Origin: Raphidiopsis brookii D9
Lineage (GTDB): Bacteria; Cyanobacteriota; Cyanobacteriia; Cyanobacteriales; Nostocaceae
Length of the DNA stretch: 32,000 bases
Assembly: GCA_000175855.1 (NCBI GenBank)
Contig: ACYB01000006.1
Span: forward strand, 52,768 to 84,767
Direction: 5' to 3'
The notes beneath the pieces are model-generated. The model did no database searches. It worked only from the letters and a program-made list of their open reading frames with translations, and had not been told where the DNA came from. The translations under genes and the position numbers were made by a program. The first letter of the stretch is position 1. Each line of letters starts with the position of its first letter. Shown piece by piece: positions 1 to 9,303 of the stretch.

Positions 1-594
1 GCAGTTCTTCGGTTAATCCATCGCTACATAAAAGCAGGCGATCGCCTGGGTTAAGTTTAAAGGACTGAACTTCTGGATCGCTGAGGTCTGCTCTTCCTAA
101 ACAGCGTGAGAGGACGTGGCGGTAGGGATGAGAGCGGGCTTCTTCGGGACTAATTTCGCCTATTTCCATGGCTTTAGCGATCCAGGTATGATCTTGAGTA
201 ATTTGGCAAAGTTGGGAGTTTGTTAAGAGATACAAGCGAGAATCCCCCAGATGGGCACATATAGGGGGTTCGGGGGAACGGAAAACTACGACCACAACGG
301 TTGTTCCCATGTCGGAACGTTCTGGGTGAGAAAGTTGGTCTTGTAAGATGGAGTTATTGGCTTGGGATATAGCTAACCTTAGTAAAGACTGGGTATTTTC
401 GGGGGAGTCCCATTGGTTTGTTAAATAGGCTTGAATTTGTTGAATCGCGATTCGACTAGCTTCCTCACCTCCAGCATGACCTCCCATACCATCAGCAAGG
501 ATAAAAAACGTCCGTCGGGGTCTATGTAGTAAGCATCTTGATTATGAGAACGAATAAGTCCGGGATCGGTTGCACCGGTAAAGTTAAGTTTCAT
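1..594 (-). pseudogene. PP2C-family Ser/Thr protein phosphatase. The 3' end runs off the window and the frame is broken once near codon 30 as sequenced.
   Basis: Reverse translation from ATG (592-594) gives MKLNFTGATDPGLIRSHNQDAYYIDPDGRF. After the A6 run at 503-508 the only open frame continues ILADGMGGHAGGEEASRIAIQQIQAYL...SDMGTTVVVVVF...AHLGDSRLYLL...LLLCSDGLTEEL to position 1. These are classic PP2C motifs. The gene is absent from the ORF track because it is split and edge-truncated. Confidence 0.8.
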
Positions 595-625
595 AATTTT
601 TTATCAAAATATGTATGTGTAACCA

Positions 626-2419
626 CTAATACTTCTGATCATAACGATCAAGACGGGAGACTAGACGCAAGAAAATAAAAGATATGCCAGCAACTATCAA
701 CCCTGCTATTGTAGCTAACCAGTAAAATCTATTGACTAATAGGATAGTAGCTGAAATAGTAAAAGCACTGATAATCAGGGCGTAACTAATTCCCATTTGA
801 ATATTACTTTGTCGTCTTAATAGACGTTCTGTTTCCAGGGCACGCACTCGCAACCGGATGTCACCTCGTTCCAGCTTCTCCAGGGTATCTTCTAAACGAC
901 GTGGCAAACTTAATGCGCTACTACTAACCTGTACAGCTTGACGACTAAGCTCATTTAAAAAAGTGTTTGCTTGACTAGCACCATTATTGTTATTCATAAG
1001 CTCCATTGCATAAGGCTGGGCAACTGCCATAAAATTAAATTCCGGGTCTAGGCCCTTTCCTACCCCTTCTAAGGTAGAAAAAGCTCGCATGACAAAAGTG
1101 AAAGTGGCTGGGAAGCGAAATGGCTGATTATAAGCAATTTCATACAAGTCCTCACTGATGGTAGCCACGGATTGGTTTTCAAAGGGTTTGTCCATAAAAT
1201 TATCCAACATATACTGGACAGAACGTCGCACAGGACCCATATCCTCCACCGGAGCGATCGCACCCAAATTAATTAGTGATTGTACTACTCGGTCACCATC
1301 TTTTTGAGCGATGCCAAATAAGGTTTCCATCAGTCCTTCCCGAACATTGGACTTAATAATACCCATCATGCCAAAGTCGTAGAAAATTAAGGCTCCATCC
1401 GGACTTACCGCCAAATTACCGGGGTGGGGATCAGCGTGAAAGAAGCCATTATTCAATAACTGGTGTAAATATGCCTGAGCTCCATAACGAGCGATCGCCT
1501 TTCTATCCACACCTGCAGCTTCTAATGCTTCATACTGACTGATTTTAATACCAGGAACATACTCCAAAGTGATAATTTTAGAAGTGGTATACCGCCAATA
1601 TACCCTAGGGACCTTCACCCAGTTATAGGACCGAAAGTTGCGCCTAAAAGTATCCGCATTGCGTCCTTCATTGAGATAATCGATTTCCTCCCAAAGAATG
1701 CGACAGCACTCCTCATAAATGCCCATCCAATCTCTTCCTCTTCCCCACTCAGGATGATTTTGGAAATAGTTGGTGATACCTTTAAGTATTTGTAAATCAA
1801 TTTCAAAGAGTTTTTTCAGTCCTGGTCGTTGCACCTTGACTACTACGGTTTCTCCTGAGTGGAGTTCAGCCTTATGAACCTGTCCTAAACTAGCAGCAGC
1901 AAGAGGTATGGGTTCAAAACTAGCAAAGAGTTCAGCAATTGTTTTACCCAATTCCTGTTCAATAATTTTGGCCACCTGTTCGTAATCAAAAGCTGGCACG
2001 CGGTCTTGTAACTTAGACAGCTCATCCACATACTCGCTAGGGAAGATATCCGCACGGGTGGAAAACAACTGGCCAACCTTAATAAAAGTTGGTCCTAGGT
2101 CTAAAAATGTGTTTCTTACCCAGACCGCCTGGGCGTAGCGTCTAGCTGCTTGTTTAGCCTCCGTTACACCCCCAGGATAACTCCATGCCTTATTATAACG
2201 CCAAAGTTTAAACATGAAGGTCAAAACAAAAGACCAGATATCCACAAAGCGGCGTTTACTGGAGTATTTTTCCCGATTCCAACGGTAAGCCTTACCCGAA
2301 TAACCTTGTTCCATATTTATTTTGTAGTTTGTTTTGTACCGTTGGGCATTAGCCATTTCACACTCCGCTCTCTCAAGAATAGCAGAATTTAATGGTTTGG
2401 TAGGGGGCAAGTTTAACAA
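626..2419 (-). CDS. ABC1/UbiB-family atypical protein kinase with a hydrophobic C-terminal anchor
   Basis: 597-aa ORF with ABC1 signature stretches (LGPTFIKVGQLFSTRADIFPSEYVDELSKLQDRVP, AASLGQVHKA, HADPHPGN, FYDFGMMG) and two C-terminal hydrophobic helices. AGGAGG lies 4 nt upstream of the TTG at 2419. ATG at 2356 is an alternative start. Confidence 0.9.
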   Translation of the reverse strand: MLNLPPTKPLNSAILERAECEMANAQRYKTNYKINMEQGYSGKAYRWNREKYSSKRRFVDIWSFVLTFMFKLWRYNKAWSYPGGVTEAKQAARRYAQAVWVRNTFLDLGPTFIKVGQLFSTRADIFPSEYVDELSKLQDRVPAFDYEQVAKIIEQELGKTIAELFASFEPIPLAAASLGQVHKAELHSGETVVVKVQRPGLKKLFEIDLQILKGITNYFQNHPEWGRGRDWMGIYEECCRILWEEIDYLNEGRNADTFRRNFRSYNWVKVPRVYWRYTTSKIITLEYVPGIKISQYEALEAAGVDRKAIARYGAQAYLHQLLNNGFFHADPHPGNLAVSPDGALIFYDFGMMGIIKSNVREGLMETLFGIAQKDGDRVVQSLINLGAIAPVEDMGPVRRSVQYMLDNFMDKPFENQSVATISEDLYEIAYNQPFRFPATFTFVMRAFSTLEGVGKGLDPEFNFMAVAQPYAMELMNNNNGASQANTFLNELSRQAVQVSSSALSLPRRLEDTLEKLERGDIRLRVRALETERLLRRQSNIQMGISYALIISAFTISATILLVNRFYWLATIAGLIVAGISFIFLRLVSRLDRYDQKY

Positions 2420-2485
2420 TAAACCTCCTATGTTTTGTTAAAACATTACCCACCACTAATATTCTATCAACAAACCGGTCTATAT

Positions 2486-2806
2486 CTATTTTGCCCCACT
2501 GCGATACTTTTGTAACTCAGTCCGCAACAAAGCAATTTCTGCTCGTAAATTATCAATTTGAGCTTGTAAGTCTGTTACACTATTAGCATTGGTACTAGTA
2601 GGGGTAGCACCTGTTTGTGATGCTTCCGCTGCTCGACTAGCACGTACCCTCACTTCTTCCGTAAACTGGTGCAGTTGTTCTTTCATCTCAGCATCAAATT
2701 TACCCAGTTCACTTAAAGCGTCAGTCAGGGTGACCTCTAGACGCTCATTAATTACTTCTGCTACTGCTCTACCCAAAAAGAAGGCTTGCACGAGATTATT
2801 AGACAT
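2486..2806 (-). CDS. Small (106 aa) coiled-coil protein, conserved-hypothetical type
   Basis: ATG-initiated ORF between the Hsp70-like gene and the ABC1 kinase on the same strand. It has an amphipathic N-terminus (LVQAFFLGRAVAEVINERLE) and a C-terminal heptad-like segment (LQAQIDNLRAEIALLRTELQKY). No enzymatic motif was seen. Confidence 0.6.
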   Translation of the reverse strand: MSNNLVQAFFLGRAVAEVINERLEVTLTDALSELGKFDAEMKEQLHQFTEEVRVRASRAAEASQTGATPTSTNANSVTDLQAQIDNLRAEIALLRTELQKYRSGAK

Positions 2807-2903
2807 AAATTTTTGTAAAGTTGTTCCGTAAAAAAATTATAACCTCCATTCAGCGGGTGTTGATGAAAAATTCAGCAGTGAAGATTAATTGCACTAATCT
2901 GAT

Positions 2904-5900
2904 TTAATTAAAAGTGTATGGTTCCGAGAAAGACTGCAAAGAGCAGTCTTTAACCGCATTAAGATAGCGGCGCAATAGGAGGATTTGGGGAATATCAAAT
3001 CTATAAGTAAGATTACCCTGCTTTTGAAACAAGGGTGTGGAGGAAATTGCCCGATAATCAGGATTTTCCTGAGAATTTTTGGTCAACCACAGGTAGTTAA
3101 AATTCTCTGTAACTCCATCCTCGGAACGGGGATTTTTCCTAGTGATGGGTACTAACCCACTGGGTAACTGACCTTCCAAAAAGGCTAATAGACGCTGTTG
3201 ACATACGCTGGTATTAATACCACGACCTTCCAGGAGTTGCAGAATCTCACTCAAGGATAGGGAAAGGGTAGCTTCCTTGCTCGGGATATCTGGTATAATG
3301 TTTAGCAGCTCTGAAAACAGAAAATAATCCGTATATTGTTGTCTAGATATTTCCAGAAATTGCGGATACAATAGTGCAGTAGCCAAACCATAAGCCACTC
3401 GACTGCACCTGCTAATGGTTCCACTTCCTCTGGGATGTAAGTCCTGTATAATTTTACCGTTAGGCAGTTTTTGTCCTAGCCAACGCTTAATGGTAGGTAT
3501 GCTACTCACCCCACCAGAAATGACCACTTGAGTTATGGACTCCGCTGGTACGCCTTTAGCTACTAATAGTTTGTTCAGTTCTCGATTCAGACGACGTACG
3601 TAAGGTACAAGTATTTCCCTTTCTAGATCTTGGCGGTACAATTTCCAGCACTGATCTGCTAACTTGAGAGTAAATAATTCTTGGTGCTGTAAAATCAGTT
3701 TTATTGCCATAGCTGCATCTAACATTCCTCGCCCCAACACAGAACTTTCTAGTCTCTGCTGTAGCATAGTTCTAGTTAATGTATCTGTTTGGGCTGACTG
3801 CGGTAATTCCAAACCTGTTAAATTTAAGCTAGACCACTCTACCTGATCTAAACCAGGGGTTGTAGGTTCCCAATGCCATGAATTATTTTCACTTTTCCTA
3901 TTGTCTTGTTTTGTCTCACCATGGGGTTGGTGTGTTTTTGGTGGTAGTAGCAATTGACAAATAATATCCTGTTCCATTGCTTTTCCACCGTATGCAAAAC
4001 TGTGCAAAGTCAGGTTTCTGTGGGTTAATTTACTCAAATCCTTTGGTAGATCAACTAATACCATTTCTGTAGCACTTGCACCAATGTTCAAAGTGAGGGT
4101 AAAACCTTCACTCAAACCAGCAGTGGTCTTGAGTGGGTGTATACCCTCATTATCCCACACCTGAACTGGTTTGGAACTACTGGGATCTAGCTCGGGTAGC
4201 AAGGTGGCTATGGCCTCCTCCACAAAAAATATTTGGTTAGCATGGGAAACCAGCTTACTGGTTAATATGGATTCTCTGACATTAAATCGGTACTGTTCTG
4301 ACCAATTACCTGGACAACTACAAATAACACCTCTTAAGTGATTAATCACTTGCAATAACACTTCTTTATCCATGCCTGTAGCATTAGCAGTTAAGGCTGG
4401 AGTTGTACTAGTGCGATCTGATTTTAGGGTTAACAATAACTTTGACAAGGAGCGCACAACCCAAATTAAAGGACTAGAAGAAAATTCGTTCAGCTGCAAT
4501 ACAGGTTCCCACTTTTGTTGATTGTTTTTATAAGAAACACCAATATGTAGAAATGGTTTTAAGTGAGTAGAATAAAGTTCTGGTTTGGTTTCTACTGATA
4601 TGGAAGAATCCTTGTTTATATCTATTCCCGTATTGGAACTAATATTTTGGTGGGTTTCTAGGTTTTCTGATTCTGGGTGAGGGGTGGATCTAGTTGGTAG
4701 ATATACTTCTGCTGGCAATCGAAAAGACTGGGTAAAAGTTGTTTTACCTGATTTATCTTCTGCGGACCAATAGATGGGGTGGACAATTAATTTAGCATGA
4801 TTTAACAAAGCGGCAGAAATTCCCGTTGTTCCCAAGTCAATACCCAAATACCAAGATGAATTTTCATCATTGGGAGATTCTAAGAGCATCATTCCCTGAT
4901 CCACAATGTCCTCTAATCCATCCTCACTTGGGTTGGTAATAGAAAGGGAGTTTTCTACCTGTGTAATCCTTTCCCATGTTGAATCTAGGTCCCAATCAAA
5001 ACTGGTGATATCACAATTAGCACTTTCTAGCTGTTGTGCATCTGCAAGTTCAGATGTATCTAACATTTCATCATTTGTACTAACCCTATCGCCCAAATCT
5101 AGAGGATTTTCTTCAGGAGAAGTTGCAATATAACCAGCAAATAAGTCTACTGCCAAGTCCTCCTCAATTTTTTCTTCCCGGTCGGAAAAATCCTGATCAA
5201 AATTCTCCCAGATTGATGTGATTTCCTCATCCTTGGAGAATTGATTATTACCATCATCCACCAATAAGTCAGTCAAAACAGCGATAGTATCATTACTATC
5301 TGGTTCAGTTTCCGATGGCATAATTATACTAGCAAATTCTGCTTTTGTCCCCGAATCCTCGGGCAATAAAGATTCCCATAATTTCACTGGTTCATTGCTA
5401 TAATCGGTAAAAAGACTTGCATAAAGTTCATCAACTTCATCCTCTAGATTAGGACTTGCATAATTGATTGGGGGTGAACCTAAATCTGAGATTTCCTCAT
5501 TGGGTTTAGCCTGGAAACTAGCAGGTTGGACGGGGAAAGTTGGTACATTATTTTGCAGATTGTTTTGTAGACTTTTGATAAAGTCTGTCATTAATTGTTC
5601 ACCCTCTATCCCCTGACTGTGCATTCTAGTAAGTGACTGGGATAGGGACTGGTAATAAGAATTTATATTACGTTCTAATGCTTGAAAAATAACGTTAACA
5701 GTTCCATCCAAAGATAACAACCGTTGGTCTAACTCCTTGGTCAAATTAACTAACCTTTCAATCCCGCTAGTTGATCCTAAAACTGCTTCCATAGAAGAGT
5801 TGTTTATTACCGGGTTATTCTCACCAGAGCTTAAACCAATGTCTTTGATGCCAGTTGTTTTTAAGTGGACAATTAGTGCTGGTACAGTTTGACTAATTAT

Positions 5901-6371
5901 TTGTTTTATTTGTTCCTGGTTTGTTAATTGCTGGGATGAGGAAAATTCTCCACGTTTTTGCTCTAATTCTCTAATTTCCTGGCTGAGATTGGCCCTTTGT
6001 TGCAACATAGTAGATAATTCGGTCTGCAGGGATTTGAATAAACCCATCATTTCCCCTTGAAGCTGTTCTGAAACCAAATTAGTATTTTCTTGTTTATTCT
6101 CATGCAAGTCTAGGTGTGACTCTTCTTGTTCTCTATTAACATATCTTGTTAATAAAGAGGATAATGGTGCAGATTGGGGTTGATCAGTAAAAACCTCTTC
6201 TATAGACTCAGTTTCATGCAGATCTACCAAAAAACGGCGTATTTTTTGTAAAATGGTTCTTTCATCCTGTCCTTGACCAGATAGCAATTTGGCTAGAGGG
6301 TTACCACTATTAGAGAGCAAGTTATCAATATCCAGAATTAGTCTTTCAATTTCATCTATGCGGGAGGTCAC
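2904..6371 (-). CDS. 1155-aa protein: N-terminal coiled-coil plus acidic low-complexity half fused to a divergent Hsp70/actin-like ATPase domain
   Basis: Uninterrupted 3.4-kb ORF. It has an Hsp70 phosphate-1-like motif SWYLGIDLGTTGISAALL (about nt 4822-4845, aa ~510) and an adenosine-motif-like VVISGGVSSIPTIKRWL near the C-terminus. The phosphate-2 position reads LNIGASATEMVLVDL instead of DLGGGTFD. The N-terminal ~500 aa are Q/E/L-rich heptads followed by a D/E/S-rich region. Confidence 0.75.
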   Translation of the reverse strand: MTSRIDEIERLILDIDNLLSNSGNPLAKLLSGQGQDERTILQKIRRFLVDLHETESIEEVFTDQPQSAPLSSLLTRYVNREQEESHLDLHENKQENTNLVSEQLQGEMMGLFKSLQTELSTMLQQRANLSQEIRELEQKRGEFSSSQQLTNQEQIKQIISQTVPALIVHLKTTGIKDIGLSSGENNPVINNSSMEAVLGSTSGIERLVNLTKELDQRLLSLDGTVNVIFQALERNINSYYQSLSQSLTRMHSQGIEGEQLMTDFIKSLQNNLQNNVPTFPVQPASFQAKPNEEISDLGSPPINYASPNLEDEVDELYASLFTDYSNEPVKLWESLLPEDSGTKAEFASIIMPSETEPDSNDTIAVLTDLLVDDGNNQFSKDEEITSIWENFDQDFSDREEKIEEDLAVDLFAGYIATSPEENPLDLGDRVSTNDEMLDTSELADAQQLESANCDITSFDWDLDSTWERITQVENSLSITNPSEDGLEDIVDQGMMLLESPNDENSSWYLGIDLGTTGISAALLNHAKLIVHPIYWSAEDKSGKTTFTQSFRLPAEVYLPTRSTPHPESENLETHQNISSNTGIDINKDSSISVETKPELYSTHLKPFLHIGVSYKNNQQKWEPVLQLNEFSSSPLIWVVRSLSKLLLTLKSDRTSTTPALTANATGMDKEVLLQVINHLRGVICSCPGNWSEQYRFNVRESILTSKLVSHANQIFFVEEAIATLLPELDPSSSKPVQVWDNEGIHPLKTTAGLSEGFTLTLNIGASATEMVLVDLPKDLSKLTHRNLTLHSFAYGGKAMEQDIICQLLLPPKTHQPHGETKQDNRKSENNSWHWEPTTPGLDQVEWSSLNLTGLELPQSAQTDTLTRTMLQQRLESSVLGRGMLDAAMAIKLILQHQELFTLKLADQCWKLYRQDLEREILVPYVRRLNRELNKLLVAKGVPAESITQVVISGGVSSIPTIKRWLGQKLPNGKIIQDLHPRGSGTISRCSRVAYGLATALLYPQFLEISRQQYTDYFLFSELLNIIPDIPSKEATLSLSLSEILQLLEGRGINTSVCQQRLLAFLEGQLPSGLVPITRKNPRSEDGVTENFNYLWLTKNSQENPDYRAISSTPLFQKQGNLTYRFDIPQILLLRRYLNAVKDCSLQSFSEPYTFN

Positions 6372-6472
6372 TTTAAATTACCTTAAATTAAAATTACGTT
6401 AACTAAATAATATACTTTGGATATTAATTATATAACGACTTGTACACCATTCCCATTCCCATTCCTCATTCT

Positions 6473-7157
6473 ATGAATATTGCTAATTCTCCACTAGATC
6501 AGCCAGATCGAGAATCTAAAATCTCTCAACTTCCAGTTCAGGTTCCCTTGAGGTTAGTGGAAACGGCTATTTTTTGCCAGCACTTCTGCTCTGGTTTGGT
6601 TTATAAACTTTTACTTTCCCTTGGGTCCAGTTTTACGTGTATTGTTCTCAATTCCTATTGCTTTAGTTTATTTACGCTGGGGTAATCGTGCTTCTTGGAT
6701 GGCAGCTATCACCTCTGGATTACTACTTTCAGTTTTGACTGGACCTGTTCGGAGTCTTCTATTTATTATGCCCTTTGCTTTTTTGGGTGTGTTATTGGGA
6801 GCAAGTTGGCATCGTCGCGTCCCTTGGTTTGTTTCCATCACTTTGGGCACTATATTATGTACATTAGGAGTGTTTTTTCGTCTCTGGTTACTTTCTATCT
6901 TATCTGGTGAGGATTTATGGATTTATCTAACTAACCAAGTTACGGAAATTCTCCAGTGGTTATTTCTTAATCTACGTATATTAACTCCTCCCAGTACTTT
7001 GGGGGTTAAACTAGCAGCATTGCTACTAATTGTGATTAATAACTTAATTTATATGTTTATAGTCCACTTAGCAGCATGGTTACTATTAGAGCGTCTGGGA
7101 AATTCCATACCTAATCCACCACATTGGATACAAACATTAATGAATTATGAAGATTAA
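6473..7157 (+). pseudogene. Polytopic membrane protein (DUF2232-like), frame broken once in a T6 run as sequenced
   Basis: The frame from ATG 6473 reads MNIANSPLDQPDRESKISQLPVQVPLRLVETAIF. The next frame, open only from 6558, reads LFFASTSALVWFINFYFPLGPVLRVLFSIPIALVYLRWGNRASWMAAITSGLLLSV... to 7157. Removing one T from T6 (6570-6575) joins them, and 685 nt is 3n+1. The track shows this gene as 6440..6685 plus 6621..7157. Confidence 0.7.
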
Positions 7158-7159
7158 CT

Positions 7160-8281
7160 ATGATTAATACTTATACTCAAGTTAGTCAAGGTGAAAGATG
7201 GATACGAGATTATAAATCGGGTGCACCAGTTTTTGCCTGTGTTTTAGGTTTTACAGAAACCTGTTTGATTCCAGGTATTTCCGCTGCTGGTTTGACCCCA
7301 GAGGATAGAAAATATACTGCTTGTGCAGACGCTGAATTTTTGTACTATGGTGCCAATCATCCATCCCAATATTCCCTACCTCCCTTAATTGCTGGTGCTT
7401 CCCCAGTTTTGATTTCCCGCGCTGTCACAGCAGGGTTACAAATACCAGTTTATTTATTTAATGCAGGTCTACCCCTTATCCCCTCCTCCCCCTGTATTGA
7501 TTTAAGTGGAACCGTAGCTCGGTGTTTAACTACGGCTAGATCAATAGAATATAGTACTGTTCAATACTTGCTAAAACAAGGACTACTCTGGGGTGAAAAA
7601 CTTAGCACTAATATTACATCCGGATATTTAATTTTGAGTGAGTGCGTTGTTGGTGGTACTACTACTGCTCTATCTGTTTTAACTGGTTTGGGAATTGATG
7701 CAGTTGGTAAGGTTAACAGTAGCCACCCCATTTGTAATCATGACCAAAAATGGTCTGTAGTCCAATCTGGTTTAAATAAGATAGGTAGTTTTAGTGATCC
7801 TTTGGAAATTGTAGCCGCAGTAGGAGACCCTATGCAAATAGTAGTAGCTGGAATGGCGATCGCTGCTAGTCGCAAGTGTGGGGTTATACTAGGCGGCGGT
7901 ACTCAGATGTTAGCGGTTTATGCATTGATGCAGGCAATTGGACAAGTTCATTCTTTATCCTGGCAACCGGAAGCAATTGTAGTGGGGACAACGCGCTGGG
8001 TCGTAGAAGATACTAGCGGAGCTACAATTGATTTGGCTTTGAGTTTAAGTAAAAATAGGTTTGCTGAAGGTCAAATTCCTCCCCCTCTTTTAGCTACACA
8101 GTTGAGTTTTGCCAATTCTATTTACCCTCAATTGCAAGCTTATGAGCAAGGATTTGTCAAGGAAGGTGTGGGCGCTGGTGCAGCTTGTATAGCTGCTTCC
8201 ATGAGTTATGGTTGGCGACAGGAGGAAATTTTAATGGCCGTTGAATTGCAGATGAAAAATATATATAAAAATACTTATTGA
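7160..8281 (+). CDS. CobT-like protein (nicotinate-nucleotide--dimethylbenzimidazole phosphoribosyltransferase-related, UPF0284/TIGR00303 type)
   Basis: 373-aa ORF with N-terminal FACVLGFTETCLIPGISAAGLTPEDRKYTACADAEF and VVGGTTTALSVL motifs typical of the cyanobacterial/archaeal CobT-like family. The ATG lies 2 nt after the upstream stop, suggesting translational coupling. Confidence 0.75.
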   Translation: MINTYTQVSQGERWIRDYKSGAPVFACVLGFTETCLIPGISAAGLTPEDRKYTACADAEFLYYGANHPSQYSLPPLIAGASPVLISRAVTAGLQIPVYLFNAGLPLIPSSPCIDLSGTVARCLTTARSIEYSTVQYLLKQGLLWGEKLSTNITSGYLILSECVVGGTTTALSVLTGLGIDAVGKVNSSHPICNHDQKWSVVQSGLNKIGSFSDPLEIVAAVGDPMQIVVAGMAIAASRKCGVILGGGTQMLAVYALMQAIGQVHSLSWQPEAIVVGTTRWVVEDTSGATIDLALSLSKNRFAEGQIPPPLLATQLSFANSIYPQLQAYEQGFVKEGVGAGAACIAASMSYGWRQEEILMAVELQMKNIYKNTY

Positions 8282-8284
8282 GTA

Positions 8285-8698
8285 TTAATGAATTCTCATT
8301 CGTAACAACTGTTCTTCCAATGCTGCAATTCGGTTATAAGCTGCCGTTAATTGTGCAGTGAGGCGTTGGATCTGAACTTCTGGTGTGATGGTACTATCTC
8401 CTCCGTGCAGACGGTTATTTTCGGGAAAAATACCATCAGTAATTACATCCTTATGTTCTAAATCCCTAGTTGAACTACTTGGGATTCTAACTGAGAAGTG
8501 TTCATTTTGGTTAGTTTCTGGATGACTATACTCGTTTGGATCTAAATAGCAATTTGCCAACCCTTGGGACAGTTTCCTGTCAAGGCTTTCAATTACTTGG
8601 TATAGAGCATCTACTTTCTGGCTTAAAGTGAGTATTTGCTTTTTTAATGATTCCATTGAATACCTCTGATTCCCAAATATTATTTCCATGTTATTCAA
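8285..8698 (-). CDS. Hypothetical coiled-coil protein (137 aa; an internal ATG at 8656 is an alternative start)
   Basis: ORF with heptad-like segments at both ends (LKKQILTLSQKVDALYQVIESLDRKL and IQRLTAQLTAAYNRIAALEEQLLRMR). I recognise no family. Confidence 0.45.
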   Translation of the reverse strand: MNNMEIIFGNQRYSMESLKKQILTLSQKVDALYQVIESLDRKLSQGLANCYLDPNEYSHPETNQNEHFSVRIPSSSTRDLEHKDVITDGIFPENNRLHGGDSTITPEVQIQRLTAQLTAAYNRIAALEEQLLRMRIH

Positions 8699-8814
8699 CT
8701 TACGGACATTGTTAAAAATACTTAGGATTTATTTAATCTTTCTTCAAAGTTAAGAACGGGACTATGGGGAATATAATTTAGCTTAAAGGATTGCTATATG
8801 GAATGGAGGAAAAT

Positions 8815-9303
8815 ATGGCATCGGACTTGCTAATTCGCCAAGGTGAACTGTGGGATTTACAGGTTCTGGTTGAATTTAACCAGGCATTAATATATGAAAC
8901 TGAAAACAAACCACTACCCATTAATGATATTAATGCAGGTGTGGAAACAATATTAAAAAATCCCACTTTAGGATTTTATCTTTTAGCTCAGAAGAATAAT
9001 CAGGTGGTTGGGTCCCTAATGGTGACTACAGAATGGAGTGACTGGCGTAATGGTTTATACTGGTGGATTCAGAGTGTATACGTTGATCCGCATTTTCGTC
9101 GTCAAGGGGTTTTTAAAGCCTTATATCAAGCCGTGAAGCAGCGGGCAAAAACCCAAGCAAGTGGGCTGAAAGTTGCTGGGTTTAGACTTTATGTGGAAAA
9201 AGAGAATGCAATTGCCCAAAGGACTTATCAGTCCCTAGGAATGGAAAAAACCCACTATGAGATTTTTGAAGAATTGTTGGAACCTAAACATTTAAGACGA
9301 TAG
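8815..9303 (+). CDS. GNAT-family N-acetyltransferase
   Basis: The acetyl-CoA-binding motif region reads VYVDPHFRRQGVFKALY (the Q/RxxGxG/A type). GGAGGA lies 5 nt upstream of ATG 8815. The track ORF begins further upstream at TTG 8791. Confidence 0.75.
   Translation: MASDLLIRQGELWDLQVLVEFNQALIYETENKPLPINDINAGVETILKNPTLGFYLLAQKNNQVVGSLMVTTEWSDWRNGLYWWIQSVYVDPHFRRQGVFKALYQAVKQRAKTQASGLKVAGFRLYVEKENAIAQRTYQSLGMEKTHYEIFEELLEPKHLRR

Noticed and set aside
2589-2831. 80-aa plus-strand ORF antisense to the 106-aa coiled-coil gene
   Set aside because: It lies almost entirely within a better-supported minus-strand gene. Its Ser/Ala/Leu-rich low-complexity translation is typical of the mirror frame of a coiled-coil gene. 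It has no start context or family resemblance.
9255-9303. 49-nt convergent overlap between the GNAT gene and the response-regulator gene as a regulatory antisense arrangement
   Set aside because: The overlap comes from a short non-conserved C-terminal tail (KCLGSNNSSKIS) after the canonical GVGYRL end of the regulator. It is most simply a late stop codon rather than a designed overlap.
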